In this document: in pieces, positions 61,297-64,000 of the stretch
How the letters are laid out: each line of letters starts with the position of its first letter
Position numbering within the stretch: the stretch's first letter is position 1
NCBI RefSeq assembly: GCF_009914755.1
Contig: NC_060934.1
Origin: the human T2T-CHM13v2.0 reference genome, Homo sapiens
DNA: 64,000 nucleotides
Reading direction: 5' to 3' (one strand)
Notes under the pieces: generated by a model
Seen by the model: the letters and a program-made list of their open reading frames with translations, nothing else
What the model was told of the DNA's origin: nothing
Database searches by the model: none
Position numbers and translations under genes: made by a program

Positions 61297-61397
61297 TAGA
61301 GAAGGGTTGATATTCTTGGTGGAAATTATGACTTTGTTTTGTTAACAAAGAGTCGAACTCTAAAATATTTGAAGAGATTTATTTATTCTGAATTATT

Positions 61398-61734
<337 letters not shown>

Positions 61735-62177
61735 TATTCTACTTTATTCTTAAACAAAGCCTGAGGCATAATGACTTGATTGGATTTAGAGAGGGTAATT
61801 AGGACTAATATGAGTGACCAATGGCCCCTGACACAGCCCTCAGGAGATCCTGAGAACATGTGCCCAAGGTAGTCAGGGTGCAGCTTGGTTTTATACATAT
61901 TAGGGAGACATGAGACATCAGTCAATACTTGTAAGATGTTCATTGGTTCAGCCAGAGAAGTGGGATAACTGGAAGTGGGACTTCCAAGTCAGGCAGATTC
62001 AAAGATTTTCTAACTGGCAATTGGTTGAAAGAGTTATTATCAATAAAAAGGAATGTCTGGGTTAAGATAACGAGTTATGGAGATCAAGGTTTTATCATGC
62101 AGAGGAAGCCTTCAGGTAGCAAGCTTCAGAGAGAATAGATTATAAATGTTTCTTATCAGATTTAAAGAGTCTGTTCT

Positions 62178-62799
<622 letters not shown>

Positions 62800-63158
62800 T
62801 AGTCTTTTAAGCATAAAATCCTGTCATAAACATCTTAAGAAATCTTATCTTCACTTTGCTGTGTTTCAGTGAAAGGGGAGATTATCCACTCATTCACTTA
62901 GAGACATTTGCATGGTGTCTACTGTGGGCAAGGTTCTAACATACATGTACAGTGTTGCAATGAAGAACAGGAAAGCTTCAACCTTCTGACCTCAGGGGTG
63001 GGACTGAAGTAATGAGCAGATGCCAGTGTGGTCTTTGCCTGGGAAATGTCAGTGAGGGCCAGAGGGTAAGCTAGTACTCTACCCTTCAGACCACTCCACA
63101 ACTCATCTCCCACCTAGTCAATTTTCTGTGGCTCTAGACGACAGAATCCTGGTTATGA

Positions 63159-63536
<378 letters not shown>

Positions 63537-63763
63537 TAAGTGCACATTACAATATTAACTTATAGGCATAATGTTGCACAGCAGATCTCTAGAACTTACT
63601 CATCTTGCAAAACTGAACATTTATACCTGTTAAACAACACCTTCCGCTTTCTACCCCAAACCCTGCCAACCACCATGCTACTCTCTGCTTCTATGAGTTT
63701 GACTATTTTAGATTCCTTATATAAGCAGAATCATACAGTATTTGCCCTTCGGTGCCTGGCTTA

Positions 63764-64000
63764 TTGTATTAGTTTGTTCTCACACTGCTAATAAACACAT
63801 ACCCAAGACTGGATAATTTATAAAGGAAAGAGATTTAATGGACTCACAGTTCCACATGGCTGGGGAGGCCTCATAATCGTGGCAGAAGGCAAATGAAGAG
63901 CAAAGTCACGTCTTACATGGCAGCAGGCAAGAGGGCATGTGCAGGGGAACTCCCCTTTATGAAACCATCAGACCTCATGAGACTTATTCACTATCTTGAC
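63764..64000 (-). mobile_element. THE1 LTR, cut by the window end
   Basis: tgtattagtttgttctcacactgctaataaa..acccaagactgg. Confidence 0.9.

Overview
Primate (almost certainly human) genomic DNA, rich in Alu, LTR and L1 repeats. It holds the 5' end of JCAD (KIAA1462) on the minus strand: a CpG-island promoter with non-coding exon 1 (donor at 20523/20522), an 11.6-kb intron, and the first coding exon (8573-8912, ATG at 8853, protein starts MYSVEDLLISHGYKL). The rest of the CDS lies beyond position 1. Positions ~21-64 kb are upstream sequence, possibly intronic to a longer isoform. Apart from the JCAD exon, I found no credible coding support for the supplied ORFs (many are Alu or simple-repeat translations). 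I found no CRISPR array, tRNA/rRNA or clearly new multi-gene system. The best leads are: (1) an in-frame uORF with a perfect Kozak start that stops 12 nt before the JCAD ATG; (2) inverted Alus bracketing the ATG exon, which predicts a 340-nt circRNA; (3) an AluJ split by an inverted copy of a nearby Alu tail plus its unique flank, whose isolated right arm has full splice signals for a 122-nt exon; (4) an LTR10 solo LTR with an AP-1 tandem array; (5) a recent 77-bp tandem duplication. Repeat boundaries are approximate and subfamily names come from my recall of consensus sequences.
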